Part shown: positions 18,044 to 27,943 of the stretch, piece after piece
Layout of the letters: every line of letters begins with the position of its first letter
How positions within the stretch are numbered: position 1 is the stretch's first letter
From: a virus
Lineage: Duplodnaviria > Caudoviricetes
DNA length: 38,989 nt
Direction: 5' to 3' (one strand)
IMG/VR virus record: IMGVR_UViG_3300029290_000005
Span: 1-38,989 of that record
Translations under genes and position numbers: made by a program
The notes under the pieces: generated by a model
What the model was told of the DNA's origin: nothing
The model's database searches: none
The model's input: only the letters and a program-made list of their open reading frames with translations

Positions 18044-19240
18044 TTAGAAGCTTTGTTTCCAGGCTTCTTTTTTGTTGTTAGGTTTAGGTTCCTCATCCTC
18101 TGGTTTGCCATCACCAGCTTTGATGTTTTGCTGCTGGTTAAGTGCGTCACCAACTGGATTTGAAGGATGAATACTTTTCAGAGCAGATAAGGCTCGGAAT
18201 GCTGTATCAATCTGCTCAGGCTTCGCATCACCGACTGACACACTACCCAACACTGCCCCCACCAAGGCATCACCCGCTTTTGCAGCAAGCACATCACGCT
18301 TGATTTGCTCACATGTGCAGCCTTCAGTTTTAACTGTTGGCACCAATGCTTTAGCATCGGCAATCACAGCAGCACGTTCTGTTGCCGCTTGCTCAAGCTT
18401 TTCTGGTGTCATCTGGTTCTTTTCCAGATCACCGACTTTTTGCTCAAGCGTAGTTTTATCGATATGCAATTGATCTACGACCGCTTGAACAGCGTTCAAT
18501 TCATCACCGATAGAAAATTGCTTATCACCGACTTTAAGCTTTGCAGCTTTTAAGTTATCGATTTGTTCTTGCTGGATCTTTAATGCATCCGCCAAAGGCT
18601 TGTTATCGCCAATGTCAAAACGCATACCGTTTACAATTACTTCCATTGTTTTCCCCTCTGGTGGAGTTTGCTTTTGGTCACCGATACGGCAATCACCACC
18701 GCAGCGACCGTATTTAACAAGTGCTACATGATTGCCAATAAAGTTAGTAAATTTGGCTTGATACACTGTGCCGTCTGGCGCAGTACCCTGTTCTAGAACC
18801 AATGTTGCTCCATAACCCAGCGACATTTCTAATCGCTCGTTGTTCTGGATTAAATCAATGCTGTCCTTATCTTTAATGAGCAGATCACCCAATAGATATT
18901 CGCCTTCTTGGCGGACATTCTCACAATAGCCAATGTGGTAGTCCTTCCAGTTGGCAGCGTTAATTTCATTCTTGGGTGGGTGATAATCTGTTGCGTCTGC
19001 ACCATCCCAACTTTTAATGGCTTCTGGTTTAAAAAGTTCTTCAGGAGATGTATAGACATTAATTGTCTGATCTGCTGAAAAGCCTTCTAAATTTGGAAAC
19101 TCATACGCATAGTACTGACGTACCTGAGGTGCTTTTCCCAAGCGAACATTTACGCATTTCAAATAACCTTCCGGTGTATAAGAGCGGGTCGATTCGCTTG
19201 GCGCAAAGTCACCAATTTTGAGTTGGTAAATTGTTTTCAT
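18044..19240 (-). CDS. Head maturation protease/scaffold (DUF2213)
   Basis: TPEGYL, TDYHP, LEMSLGY, NHVALVKYGRCG, followed by a coiled-coil C-terminal half. Confidence 0.88.
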   Translation of the reverse strand: MKTIYQLKIGDFAPSESTRSYTPEGYLKCVNVRLGKAPQVRQYYAYEFPNLEGFSADQTINVYTSPEELFKPEAIKSWDGADATDYHPPKNEINAANWKDYHIGYCENVRQEGEYLLGDLLIKDKDSIDLIQNNERLEMSLGYGATLVLEQGTAPDGTVYQAKFTNFIGNHVALVKYGRCGGDCRIGDQKQTPPEGKTMEVIVNGMRFDIGDNKPLADALKIQQEQIDNLKAAKLKVGDKQFSIGDELNAVQAVVDQLHIDKTTLEQKVGDLEKNQMTPEKLEQAATERAAVIADAKALVPTVKTEGCTCEQIKRDVLAAKAGDALVGAVLGSVSVGDAKPEQIDTAFRALSALKSIHPSNPVGDALNQQQNIKAGDGKPEDEEPKPNNKKEAWKQSF

Positions 19241-19254
19241 AAATTGCGCCCAAT

Positions 19255-19275
19255 AAAAAACCCACCGAAGTGGGT
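19255..19275 (-). terminator. Terminator ending the 350-aa cargo gene
   Basis: ACCCAC-TTCG-GTGGGTTTTTT. Confidence 0.75.
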
Positions 19276-19280
19276 CAGAT

Positions 19281-20333
19281 TTAAAAGTTCACCTTAGTAA
19301 TTTTTCCAATTGGAATACTTTTCAATTTATATCCATCATCTTTTAAAGGATGCTTAGATTTTGGAATATTGGGATTTAGTCCACTATTCATCAAGTTATT
19401 AAAATAGTCTTTTTTTTCAATAGATAACTTATCCCACCAATCAGGCGACATAATAATATTATCAATCAAGTGAAATGTCATTTTTACTAAGCGACCGAAT
19501 TTATGATTATTCTTAATACTCAAGAAGGAATCAATAAATTTTTCATTAACGTCACTCCCCACACTCAGCCACGCCAATACAAAATACCATTTATTCTCGT
19601 CAGAAAAACTTATCAGCCCTAATGTGTCAAAAGAATTAAATTTTTCATCTCTAATACTTTGCAAAAAATTCCCTTTAAAATCTTGTTCAGGTCTTGTGGC
19701 TCCACTAACCATAAACGGTAAAGGTTGTTCAAACTCTAATATTAATGCTCTCAGATCAGAAAAGTCCTGCTTCTCTAAATATTGTTCCATTTTAGCTTTT
19801 TGTTGTTCCATTCCTTTTAGAGCCACTTGAATCCCTGAGTAATAACTTTTATAAATTCTTCTACAAAACTCTCTTTTTTCAACAACATATTCTGATTCAA
19901 TACTATTTAAGACTCTATCTTTATCAAGAAATTCAACTAATTTATTATAATATTCTTTTGTAAATGCTCTGTAAAAATGCAAGAAACATTCTTCTGGAGT
20001 TGATTCAAAGTTTTTTCTTTCAATTGGCGCAAATAGCTCACTATCATGTTCTGAACAAAATCCCTGAAAAGTTGAAGCTTTTCCTACCCCACACAATCTT
20101 GGCAATGACATTCCTTTATTTTTATGAATCTCCATATAATTTCTTCCATCATAGACATAAACCATCCCATTTTTGGCAATTTTACTTAGACTACTACTCT
20201 TTGAAATCGTGTGAGAATAGATAGCATTTCCATTACAACAAATTCTAGTTATATTTTTTGCCATACATGTTTTTAGCGAATGTCGTTTTCTAAATTCATT
20301 CCCAATTTGATGTGCTTTCCGTAGGTCTGCCAT
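19281..20333 (-). CDS. AT-rich cargo protein with Cys/His cluster (HNH/His-Me finger-like)
   Basis: CMAKNITRICC...SHTISK...ASTFQGFCSEHDSELFAPIE; interrupts the head module; own terminator. Confidence 0.7.
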   Translation of the reverse strand: MADLRKAHQIGNEFRKRHSLKTCMAKNITRICCNGNAIYSHTISKSSSLSKIAKNGMVYVYDGRNYMEIHKNKGMSLPRLCGVGKASTFQGFCSEHDSELFAPIERKNFESTPEECFLHFYRAFTKEYYNKLVEFLDKDRVLNSIESEYVVEKREFCRRIYKSYYSGIQVALKGMEQQKAKMEQYLEKQDFSDLRALILEFEQPLPFMVSGATRPEQDFKGNFLQSIRDEKFNSFDTLGLISFSDENKWYFVLAWLSVGSDVNEKFIDSFLSIKNNHKFGRLVKMTFHLIDNIIMSPDWWDKLSIEKKDYFNNLMNSGLNPNIPKSKHPLKDDGYKLKSIPIGKITKVNF

Positions 20334-20416
20334 AAAGACATTTACCTTTTTAAATAAAAAATAATCTGATACTTAAATTAGAAATTTCAACCCTTGTATC
20401 ATAAAAATTAAAATAA

Positions 20417-21229
20417 CTATTCAATCAAAATATCCTCATAATTAGGTAAGGCAGTGCAACGACAACGAATAGGCTGACCGGGATGTCCACCCGCTGGCGG
20501 TGAATCCCATCTAAATGTCTTGCCCTGTTTATGTTGGTGGTCTGGACGTACACGCTCATCTTTAGCTGTTTGCCATGTGTATGTCTCAACACCCATTGAA
20601 AGCTGTCTGGCTTTATTGATCTGCCCATTGATCTTACCCATCTGATCACTAGCAATAAGCCGTGCACGGTAATCAGTTGATAAACCCAATTGCTTAATTG
20701 CTTTGGCCAACTCTTCATTAGTTTGGCCAGTCTGCAAAGCATTGGTAATTAATACTTCAAGCTTATCGGCATATTGCTGCGGAATAGACTTAATCAAACT
20801 GACATTTGCCATAATGTTTAGATCTACCTCGTCTTGAATATCAGCAGCTCGATAGAACGGCGTAAGATCCACACCAATAATTGTTTTAGTGTGCTCTGCA
20901 ATTTGCTTGTCCACTTCCTTTTGTGTGTCAGTCACAACCTTTGTGGCTAACGGCCTAGAAATCTCAACAACATACTTTGTCAGCTTCTCTCGAAACGAAG
21001 TCATCATGTCCGAGAACCAGACATCACCGATATTCTGGCCAACCGTAGGAACAACTAATTCCTTTGTTTGTTCCTGACAGTATTTAGATATAGCTAGTAA
21101 TTGCCGTGTGTAATAAAGCTCTACACGGCGATTTACTTTTACGGGTCTAGGTTTGGAAGCCTTACGGCCTTTCTTACTCTTCTTCGCTTGCTGGAGGTGT
21201 GGTTTCAGCATCTGAATTATCGTCGACAT
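20417..21229 (-). CDS. Minor head morphogenesis protein (SPP1 gp7 / Mu gpF family)
   Basis: RARLIASDQ, YTWQTAKDERVRPDH, HPGQPIRCRC; overlaps the portal 3' end. Confidence 0.92.
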   Translation of the reverse strand: MSTIIQMLKPHLQQAKKSKKGRKASKPRPVKVNRRVELYYTRQLLAISKYCQEQTKELVVPTVGQNIGDVWFSDMMTSFREKLTKYVVEISRPLATKVVTDTQKEVDKQIAEHTKTIIGVDLTPFYRAADIQDEVDLNIMANVSLIKSIPQQYADKLEVLITNALQTGQTNEELAKAIKQLGLSTDYRARLIASDQMGKINGQINKARQLSMGVETYTWQTAKDERVRPDHQHKQGKTFRWDSPPAGGHPGQPIRCRCTALPNYEDILIE

Positions 21230-22508
21230 TTAACTTCACCATTATTTCTAGCTCTTTGATATGAGCTTCATCAATCACTGAATAAACGCCATCGATTAGC
21301 AATTGTCGGGCTATCTGTGGTTCTGTAATAATGCCCATCTCTAAATACTTGGCATCTCGTTCTGAATTAGCTTTCTCAACCTCTGAACGGACCTTCGCAT
21401 CCAACTGCCATAATGGATTAAAGACAATATCCAGATTTGGGAACACACGACCGAATGTAGTCTGGCAAATGACATCTAAAATCTGCATCATGAAAGGCTT
21501 AAGCATCCATGTTTGCTTGGTTGCTATGCTGTCGTAATAGTTCCGTGTGTCATGCTCACCTGTAGCATTCATACCTGCAGGCGATTGACCGAAAAGAATG
21601 GTGTAAGGAATATCAGCAGCACCCGCAGTTTGAATTGAGAATTCCCGCATCATGTCCGGTAAGCCAGCAAAGTTATAAGTCTTGGAGTCGTAATCTTCTT
21701 CAGCATCCAACACGATCATGCCGTTTAAACCTTTAAGCAATCCGACACTAAGAAAACGTTCTGCTACGGCTTTCATATCCTCTTTGATTTTGTCCACCAA
21801 ACCTGGTGTTTTAATCACATCAATCTTTGATTCATGGACAAGACTGGCTGAACCCTTTTTAACGGCAGCATGGTCTAGTAGGTCTTCATATACTTCCTGA
21901 AGAATACTTTGCGGCTCTTCATTCACGACATCGGCATGGCAGAATTTAATTAAACGGCTATGATGGATGCGTTGTGGCGCCTTGCCATCCATTTGCAGTT
22001 TGTAGAACTCAGGTTGCTTTAATAACCCGCCGCAGTCCTTAGGTGATAAATACGTCGTGGTATCTGGCTTAATGTACTTTTTCTTGAGTACCGTAAAGAA
22101 TTCTAAACGACCTACCCCTAATTTCTTTAAATCAAATGGCTGCTCTAGATTGCCGCCATCTACCGTCCCTAACAGCACGTAAACCACGCCATATAGACGC
22201 GATAAGATCAAGCTCGATAAAAGCACGTGGTTCAGTTGAAAAGCCTTACACGCTTCTTCTAGTTTGATTAGGTCTCTATCTTGAATTCCCTCATAAAACC
22301 AACCAGCCCTTAACATGTCACTTGCTGGTCTGTTCACAATACGTTTGGCCAACCAGTGTTGATATACAGCTTCTAGCTGATCATCAGGAATTTCCTTTTG
22401 AACAAAGTGACCATGTGAGGCCTTATCACGGCTGGTACCAATATTTGAGACAAAGTTTGTGTATGCCCCTGCATCGCCAATTGCATCGGGCTTTTTAGTT
22501 TCAGCCAT
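21174..22508 (-). CDS. Portal protein (DUF1073-type)
   Basis: Follows terL; SRLYG, IHHSRL, DIPYTILFGQSPAGMNATGEHDTRNYYD, FNPLWQ. Confidence 0.9.
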   Translation of the reverse strand: MAETKKPDAIGDAGAYTNFVSNIGTSRDKASHGHFVQKEIPDDQLEAVYQHWLAKRIVNRPASDMLRAGWFYEGIQDRDLIKLEEACKAFQLNHVLLSSLILSRLYGVVYVLLGTVDGGNLEQPFDLKKLGVGRLEFFTVLKKKYIKPDTTTYLSPKDCGGLLKQPEFYKLQMDGKAPQRIHHSRLIKFCHADVVNEEPQSILQEVYEDLLDHAAVKKGSASLVHESKIDVIKTPGLVDKIKEDMKAVAERFLSVGLLKGLNGMIVLDAEEDYDSKTYNFAGLPDMMREFSIQTAGAADIPYTILFGQSPAGMNATGEHDTRNYYDSIATKQTWMLKPFMMQILDVICQTTFGRVFPNLDIVFNPLWQLDAKVRSEVEKANSERDAKYLEMGIITEPQIARQLLIDGVYSVIDEAHIKELEIMVKLNVDDNSDAETTPPASEEE

Positions 22509-22516
22509 AATTTCCT

Positions 22517-24046
22517 CTAATCATCAAATACAGTTGGCTTCTTGGCTAATGAATCATTAATGGCATCAATAGTCGGATCCCACTGGTCGTCATGATCATG
22601 TGACATGTCAGCCGTGAGCCCTTCGATTTCTTCAATGTAGTTCAAAAGCCATGGTGCTTCTGCTGGCAACCAGACACGACGCTCTTCAACGTAGAACACC
22701 ACGTCCATGGTTCGTGTGAGCTTGTCTGTATCACGCTGAATTGCCCGAATAGGTAATGTGGTTTGTCTAGATATGGATTGGATCAGTCCGGTACCACTCG
22801 ATTTATCCTCTACGGCCATATAACGAAGCTTGCCGATCTTGGTATTGCTGTCCTTATGCTTATTGATAAAGGCCTTAGCTTCTTTCAATAGCTCAGGTGC
22901 TTCCCATTTGCCGCGCTTCACATCAATGATGTAAAGGTTATTGTCATAGCCCAAACCAGCACATAAAAACACAGAATAGTCGTTATGCTCTTTAGTCTTT
23001 TGCGCTGTATCTGCCCAAATCGCACGCCATTTAAGAAGTGGTAATTCCTCATAACGACCGAACCATTCAGCCTTAACAAGATCACCACCCAGCTTTTTAG
23101 GGTTTTGCATGTATTGGCTAGCAAACGTATAACGGGATACCGTTGCACCGTCTTTATCCTGTCCGCCTTGTTCGAGTTGTAATAGCGATTGCAATGATTC
23201 TTTTAATGGCCAATAGCTTTGACGGCCTTTCACATCTCGCTCAACATTACGTGGAATTTTGCGCTGTATGTGCTCAGGCAATTTACGGATGTACTCATCA
23301 TCAATAAGTGCGGGAATACTGATCTGTTCCCATTCACCAGGTACATTACCGGTCATCACAAAGTTAGTCGGATCTTCAACGTGTAACCGCTGCATGATCA
23401 AAATGATGGGCGTGTCCGATTTAGCTTTACGCGAGTTGACCGTGTTTAATATCTTACGGTTAGCCTTACGTCTAGCTGTCTGGCTAAAGGCATCCTCAGG
23501 CTTTAATGGGTCATCCAGAATAATGGCACCAGTAAAGCCTTCATCCGCTAATGTACCGGCACGGCGACCAGTGACCTGACCACCCATCGAAGCAGAATAA
23601 ACATGACCAGCATCGTAACCTTCGACTGTAGTTTTCCAGTTTGATTTAGCATCCGTGGCTGTTGAAATTTTTACTGGCCATAGATTTTGAAAATCTTCTG
23701 ACTTAACAATGTTCCTTGCTGTTGCTGATACATCCTCTACAAGTGACTGCGAGAATGACAAATACAAAAAGCGTGATCGAGCATTACGTGCTATGCCACG
23801 GGCAATAAGGTTTGTGAGTAACTCAGTCTTACCACTACCCGGTGGAACGTTAATAACTAGGTTTTTAACCTTGCCAGCAATTACCTCGTCAATTTTGTCG
23901 GCAATATATTCATGGTGCCAATTGACCGAAAATTTAAAGCCCATACGGGGCAAGAAAAAACGACGGGTAAAGAACAAGTGTTCTTTCTCACAGAGCTCTC
24001 GCTCTAACTGCATTTCTAGCAGCTTAGTACTTACCTTTGAGTTCAT
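22517..24046 (-). CDS. terL: Terminase large subunit
   Basis: NVPPGSGKT Walker A, IILDDP Walker B, MQRLH, WADTA nuclease motif, HDDQWD. Confidence 0.96.
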   Translation of the reverse strand: MNSKVSTKLLEMQLERELCEKEHLFFTRRFFLPRMGFKFSVNWHHEYIADKIDEVIAGKVKNLVINVPPGSGKTELLTNLIARGIARNARSRFLYLSFSQSLVEDVSATARNIVKSEDFQNLWPVKISTATDAKSNWKTTVEGYDAGHVYSASMGGQVTGRRAGTLADEGFTGAIILDDPLKPEDAFSQTARRKANRKILNTVNSRKAKSDTPIILIMQRLHVEDPTNFVMTGNVPGEWEQISIPALIDDEYIRKLPEHIQRKIPRNVERDVKGRQSYWPLKESLQSLLQLEQGGQDKDGATVSRYTFASQYMQNPKKLGGDLVKAEWFGRYEELPLLKWRAIWADTAQKTKEHNDYSVFLCAGLGYDNNLYIIDVKRGKWEAPELLKEAKAFINKHKDSNTKIGKLRYMAVEDKSSGTGLIQSISRQTTLPIRAIQRDTDKLTRTMDVVFYVEERRVWLPAEAPWLLNYIEEIEGLTADMSHDHDDQWDPTIDAINDSLAKKPTVFDD

Positions 24047-24500
24047 CTAACACCTGCCGTATCTGTTCAGGCGTTGCAACAACTTGGGTTACGTTCTCGC
24101 TTTGGAGTGGTCCACCACCAGCGCCGGTTAGCTCTTGTTTATTCGTGTAATGGTTTCCCATTTCCTTAGCTGCTTGCTCAGCAAATCTAGGTATCAACAT
24201 TGGGTTATCAGGGTATTTATCAGCCAGACCTTGAAGAAGCTGTAACCGGTATCTTTTATTTGCTATGGGTATTGCTTCAAGCTCTTCATTGGCTTTACGG
24301 CGACATGTAAAGAATAAATCTCGAAATTCCTGACTTAAGTCTTTTCCAATCTTCTTTGTTGGATCGTATGCTTCACATTGTTGCGGGGTTACATCTACAT
24401 TAAATATTTCTTTAACCGCTTTAGCTGCCTCAGTGGGTGTTTCAAATTCGGCAAGCATCCTCACGATGAATAATTTCACCTTCTTATTAATACGTGCCAT
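24024..24500 (-). CDS. terS: Terminase small subunit (DUF2280)
   Basis: Start re-called at ATG 24500 (MARINKKVK). YDPTK, IPIANKRYRL, EQAAKEMG, ELTGAGGGPL; overlaps terL. Confidence 0.8.
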   Translation of the reverse strand: MARINKKVKLFIVRMLAEFETPTEAAKAVKEIFNVDVTPQQCEAYDPTKKIGKDLSQEFRDLFFTCRRKANEELEAIPIANKRYRLQLLQGLADKYPDNPMLIPRFAEQAAKEMGNHYTNKQELTGAGGGPLQSENVTQVVATPEQIRQVLDELKGKY

Positions 24501-24546
24501 TTCAACCATTCCATCTAAGTACATCTAAGAAGAATGGCAAAAAAAT

Positions 24547-25194
24547 TTAAACCACCTTCAAGTAACAAGTGCCACATGCGTAGTGAACATCTGCTCGCGA
24601 CATCTCAGGTCTCGTATTTGCTGCTTCAACCATTCTTTTGACATCCTCACTTGCACCATAACGACGAACTACACCAGTGAATTCTTCAACATCATGCCCT
24701 TGTATAGCTAATTTAGGCAGGCCTGTTTCCCTGTTATATGCTGGTGTTCCCCACTCGTCTTTCTTATGCGCTATGTGATAAAGCTCATGCTCAACCAAAG
24801 CACAAAAGTTCACATCACTAGCAATCTGTGAATATGAAGCATCAAAAGTAATGAGATATTCAGGAATATGTTGAAACCACTGGATGAATTGTTCTTCTTG
24901 TCGTTCTTTCTTCCAGCCGCCAGCATTGATCATTATTTTTTCGGTAGTACCAATAACTTGACGTCCTTGCTTTTTAAAACCTGATCTAGCCCACATCACC
25001 GCTATATCTGGATATCGAAAAGACCGTAAGTGCATATGATCTGGGTTAAATAATTTGGATTTTGGATCTAGAAATACTTTTCCAATCCATTCCCACATTT
25101 CTGGAGCTGGTACAAAGTTAGGTGTATCCATTTCAAAAAGCCATTCGGGAGGCATAGGGCGTACAGGAACATGAAAGCTGATTTCTCTATTCAT
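24547..25194 (-). CDS. Phage putative metallopeptidase
   Basis: LVEHELYH (HExxH), GHDVEEF, C-terminal CGTC. Confidence 0.85.
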   Translation of the reverse strand: MNREISFHVPVRPMPPEWLFEMDTPNFVPAPEMWEWIGKVFLDPKSKLFNPDHMHLRSFRYPDIAVMWARSGFKKQGRQVIGTTEKIMINAGGWKKERQEEQFIQWFQHIPEYLITFDASYSQIASDVNFCALVEHELYHIAHKKDEWGTPAYNRETGLPKLAIQGHDVEEFTGVVRRYGASEDVKRMVEAANTRPEMSRADVHYACGTCYLKVV

Positions 25195-25206
25195 AAATTA
25201 TTTCCA

Positions 25207-25231
25207 TAAAAAAGTTACCCGAAGGTAACTT
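25207..25231 (-). terminator. Terminator ending the 287-aa cargo gene
   Basis: AAAGTTACC-TTCG-GGTAACTTTTTT. Confidence 0.75.
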
Positions 25232-25273
25232 TATAAAATTTTGACAGAAATTAAAAAACTATAGCGCTCTCAA

Positions 25274-26137
25274 TTAATTTTTCAAAATATCCAAATTAAT
25301 TACTTGATTATATAATTGAGGAAAAACTATTGAGTTATTTCCAACCACATTCATACTATTTATTTTTTCTGCACAAAATTTAAAATAATCAACTAACGAA
25401 GGATCGATATAATTTACTTGATAATTGTATGCCCCCAAAAAAGACAAGTGGTTGCAAGATGCAATACAACCTCCCAAAATCAAATCTCTTGAAAGACTTA
25501 TACTAAAATAATCAAAATTTAACTCATTTAAGATTATATTAAACTCATCAAAAGTTGTATGAATATTTTTCTTAAATTCACGGTCCAAAAAGATAGCAAT
25601 TAAGCAGTAATTAAGATGATGATAATAATTATCAAAGCCTTTAGCGAATTGAAATACTGAAGCTAGATTAGAATTAATATTAGCTGAACTAATTGAATTG
25701 CTTGAATTGTTCGCTAAAAAACTTACTCCTTGATTTATCAAGTGAACTTGTTGTTGAGTTTCCAAAAATCTTGAGTCAACAAGCTTTGAAAAGTTTTGAA
25801 AATTTTCTTCAAGTAATCTTATTCCTTGAAGCGCGTCTGCTTGAATTTCTAATTTTTCTTTAATATCAATTAAAGAATCAATTTGATTCGCTAACGTAGC
25901 ACTTGAATTTTTTTGTTGTTGTGATTCACCATATGTATAACCTATTGCAAGAACAGCCAAAATAATTGATATTAATGTTCCTGCAAATGAAACATATCCT
26001 AATGCGCTGGCATTTGTCGAATGTATATGAGAAACGTACCAGATAATACCTTGAATAATTGAAAGGGTAATTATTAAGTGAATCCACTCACGTTTAGAAA
26101 ATTTTTTTGAAATTTCCGTATTTTTCGGATCTGACAT
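25274..26137 (-). CDS. AT-rich 2-TM plus coiled-coil cargo protein
   Basis: Two N-terminal hydrophobic helices (second: VSFAGTLISIILAVLAIGY), heptad-like region, very AT-rich upstream spacer. Confidence 0.75.
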   Translation of the reverse strand: MSDPKNTEISKKFSKREWIHLIITLSIIQGIIWYVSHIHSTNASALGYVSFAGTLISIILAVLAIGYTYGESQQQKNSSATLANQIDSLIDIKEKLEIQADALQGIRLLEENFQNFSKLVDSRFLETQQQVHLINQGVSFLANNSSNSISSANINSNLASVFQFAKGFDNYYHHLNYCLIAIFLDREFKKNIHTTFDEFNIILNELNFDYFSISLSRDLILGGCIASCNHLSFLGAYNYQVNYIDPSLVDYFKFCAEKINSMNVVGNNSIVFPQLYNQVINLDILKN

Positions 26138-26272
26138 AGTAAATTAACTCAAATTTTTAAATATTATAAATGACTATGTAAATTTTTATAATAAATTATT
26201 TTTATTTTAGACTTAAATGCCCCACTCAATCAGTTAATCAAGTGGAGCTCAAATTCTGCTTTTTAATAACTA

Positions 26273-26983
26273 TTAAACAGCAGGAATCACTTTAATAGAC
26301 GTTGAAACCACATCATCACTATTTTGGCAAACAAGAGTGATATTGAAGTAAACGTCTTCAGCTAAAGCTGTAATAGTCTGGTTATAACGATAAATTTCAG
26401 TTAAGCCATCAACTGAAGTTATAACATGCTCAATTTCAGTTGCAGACACGTATTTCATTGAATACTTAACTGGCAAGGCTTGCGTTTGGAACAAAGTATC
26501 TAACAATGAAAAGAAGTCGTTATTACCATCAACAGTATTGTTATAACCAATATTCGAACCACCAAGATCGTAGCTATCGAATGTGGTCTGCAAACGAACA
26601 CCACTATGGACATTACCTGTAGCACTTAAGAAATTCTCAGCCACAACTTCAAGCGTATCGCTAATATTAGCTTTAGTAGCTGCATGGTAACCGTACATGA
26701 TCAGTGGAGCTTCAGGTGTACCGAAATCTAACGGCTCACCTACTGGAGTTAAAACACCATTTTCATATGTACAGTTATCCAAATACCAAGCCGATGCTGG
26801 AGGATTCGGAAGACTTGTTACACCAATGACAGTAAAGCCAGGTAATGCATTAATTGCTTCAACATTACTCAACACTTGGTCATAGCTAGTCGTATCGGCA
26901 ATCTTAACCAATACTGTATGACCGGCAGGCAAGTTTGTGTCTGTTAAAGTTTCGATTGTTGCTTTTTGCGGAGTAGTAACCAT
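26273..26983 (-). CDS. Hypothetical acidic, Thr/Val-rich protein (virion-protein-like composition)
   Basis: Start re-called at ATG 26983 (MVTTPQK) after AAGGA RBS; the longer ORF runs through two hairpins. Confidence 0.7.
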   Translation of the reverse strand: MVTTPQKATIETLTDTNLPAGHTVLVKIADTTSYDQVLSNVEAINALPGFTVIGVTSLPNPPASAWYLDNCTYENGVLTPVGEPLDFGTPEAPLIMYGYHAATKANISDTLEVVAENFLSATGNVHSGVRLQTTFDSYDLGGSNIGYNNTVDGNNDFFSLLDTLFQTQALPVKYSMKYVSATEIEHVITSVDGLTEIYRYNQTITALAEDVYFNITLVCQNSDDVVSTSIKVIPAV

Positions 26984-27051
26984 TTTAATTTCCTTATAAA
27001 AAAGCCCTATCATTTTTAATTGATAGAGCTGGGTAATAAAAACTGAAAAAT

Positions 27052-27089
27052 AAAAAAGCCCCGCCAATAATTGAGATTTAGCGGGGCTT
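27052..27089 (-). terminator. Terminator after the hydrolase gene (second hairpin at about 26998-27030)
   Basis: AAGCCCCGC...GCGGGGCTTTTTT. Confidence 0.65.
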
Positions 27090-27131
27090 CTTGTGCCGCA
27101 ATACAGCTAACACTTTAATTTTTAATCTACA

Positions 27132-27941
27132 TTAAACAAATAAACTAAAGGCATGATTAAACAGAACATGGAATCTACTACTACTTCCTGGCCATGTATG
27201 TCCCCAGCTATCATTACCTTCAGCAGTAATTTTAACTAGTGGATTTGTTACTGAACGAAAGACTCTTTCCATGTGCGCTCGGTTGGTATGAGTTACATCT
27301 CCTGCACCAATACAACCAATTGTAGGATGAGTTACATTCTGATAATCCTTAAAGGTTGTTCTTTGAGCAATATATGGCCCTCTCCAGTTTTCAGTAGTTC
27401 CTCCACCAGCTGGTGAATTTGCTACTACTCCAATAACTTTGTCATGGTATTGCGAATAAATTCCTCTACTCAAACATGACCACTGAAGAATACTACCCGC
27501 CCCACGTGAAGTACCAGTAAGGCAGACTTTGGAAGCTGAATTAAGATACTTCTTAGCCACCACATCATTGACAACACTTTCATACAAGTACGAGATAAAT
27601 GACTCTACTTCAAATGCGTATCTAATAAAGTCATGAATAGGGGCACTATTTGCTAAAGTAAAGCTCATAGGATGTTGGTCTGCTTTATACGCACAACAGT
27701 TAAAGTAGACATAACCACTTTGAACTACATAAGCAGGGCGTGCAAAAGTAGTATCTTCAAGGCTATCTCCATTTCCTCCATTAAACCAAAAAATAATATT
27801 TCGGGCTTGCTCAGTCCACGTATCATCATAAAACATCTGAAGAACAAGCATATTATCCGGAGATTCTACTGGTGCATTCTGTACAGTTTCACCAACGAGG
27901 CTTGTCATTGGAACTTTAAATTCTTTAATTACTAAAGCCAT
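27132..27941 (-). CDS. Alpha/beta-hydrolase (esterase-like)
   Basis: FNGGNG oxyanion-like loop, G-T-S145-R-G nucleophile elbow, GAGD acid, GHTWPG His; no signal peptide. Confidence 0.75.
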   Translation of the reverse strand: MALVIKEFKVPMTSLVGETVQNAPVESPDNMLVLQMFYDDTWTEQARNIIFWFNGGNGDSLEDTTFARPAYVVQSGYVYFNCCAYKADQHPMSFTLANSAPIHDFIRYAFEVESFISYLYESVVNDVVAKKYLNSASKVCLTGTSRGAGSILQWSCLSRGIYSQYHDKVIGVVANSPAGGGTTENWRGPYIAQRTTFKDYQNVTHPTIGCIGAGDVTHTNRAHMERVFRSVTNPLVKITAEGNDSWGHTWPGSSSRFHVLFNHAFSLFV

Positions 27942-27943
27942 GA

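Noticed and set aside
21174-22508. Possible anti-CBASS (Acb1) label that DUF1073 proteins sometimes receive
   Set aside because: Size, position after terL and motifs fit a plain portal; no appended 2H-phosphoesterase domain was recognised.
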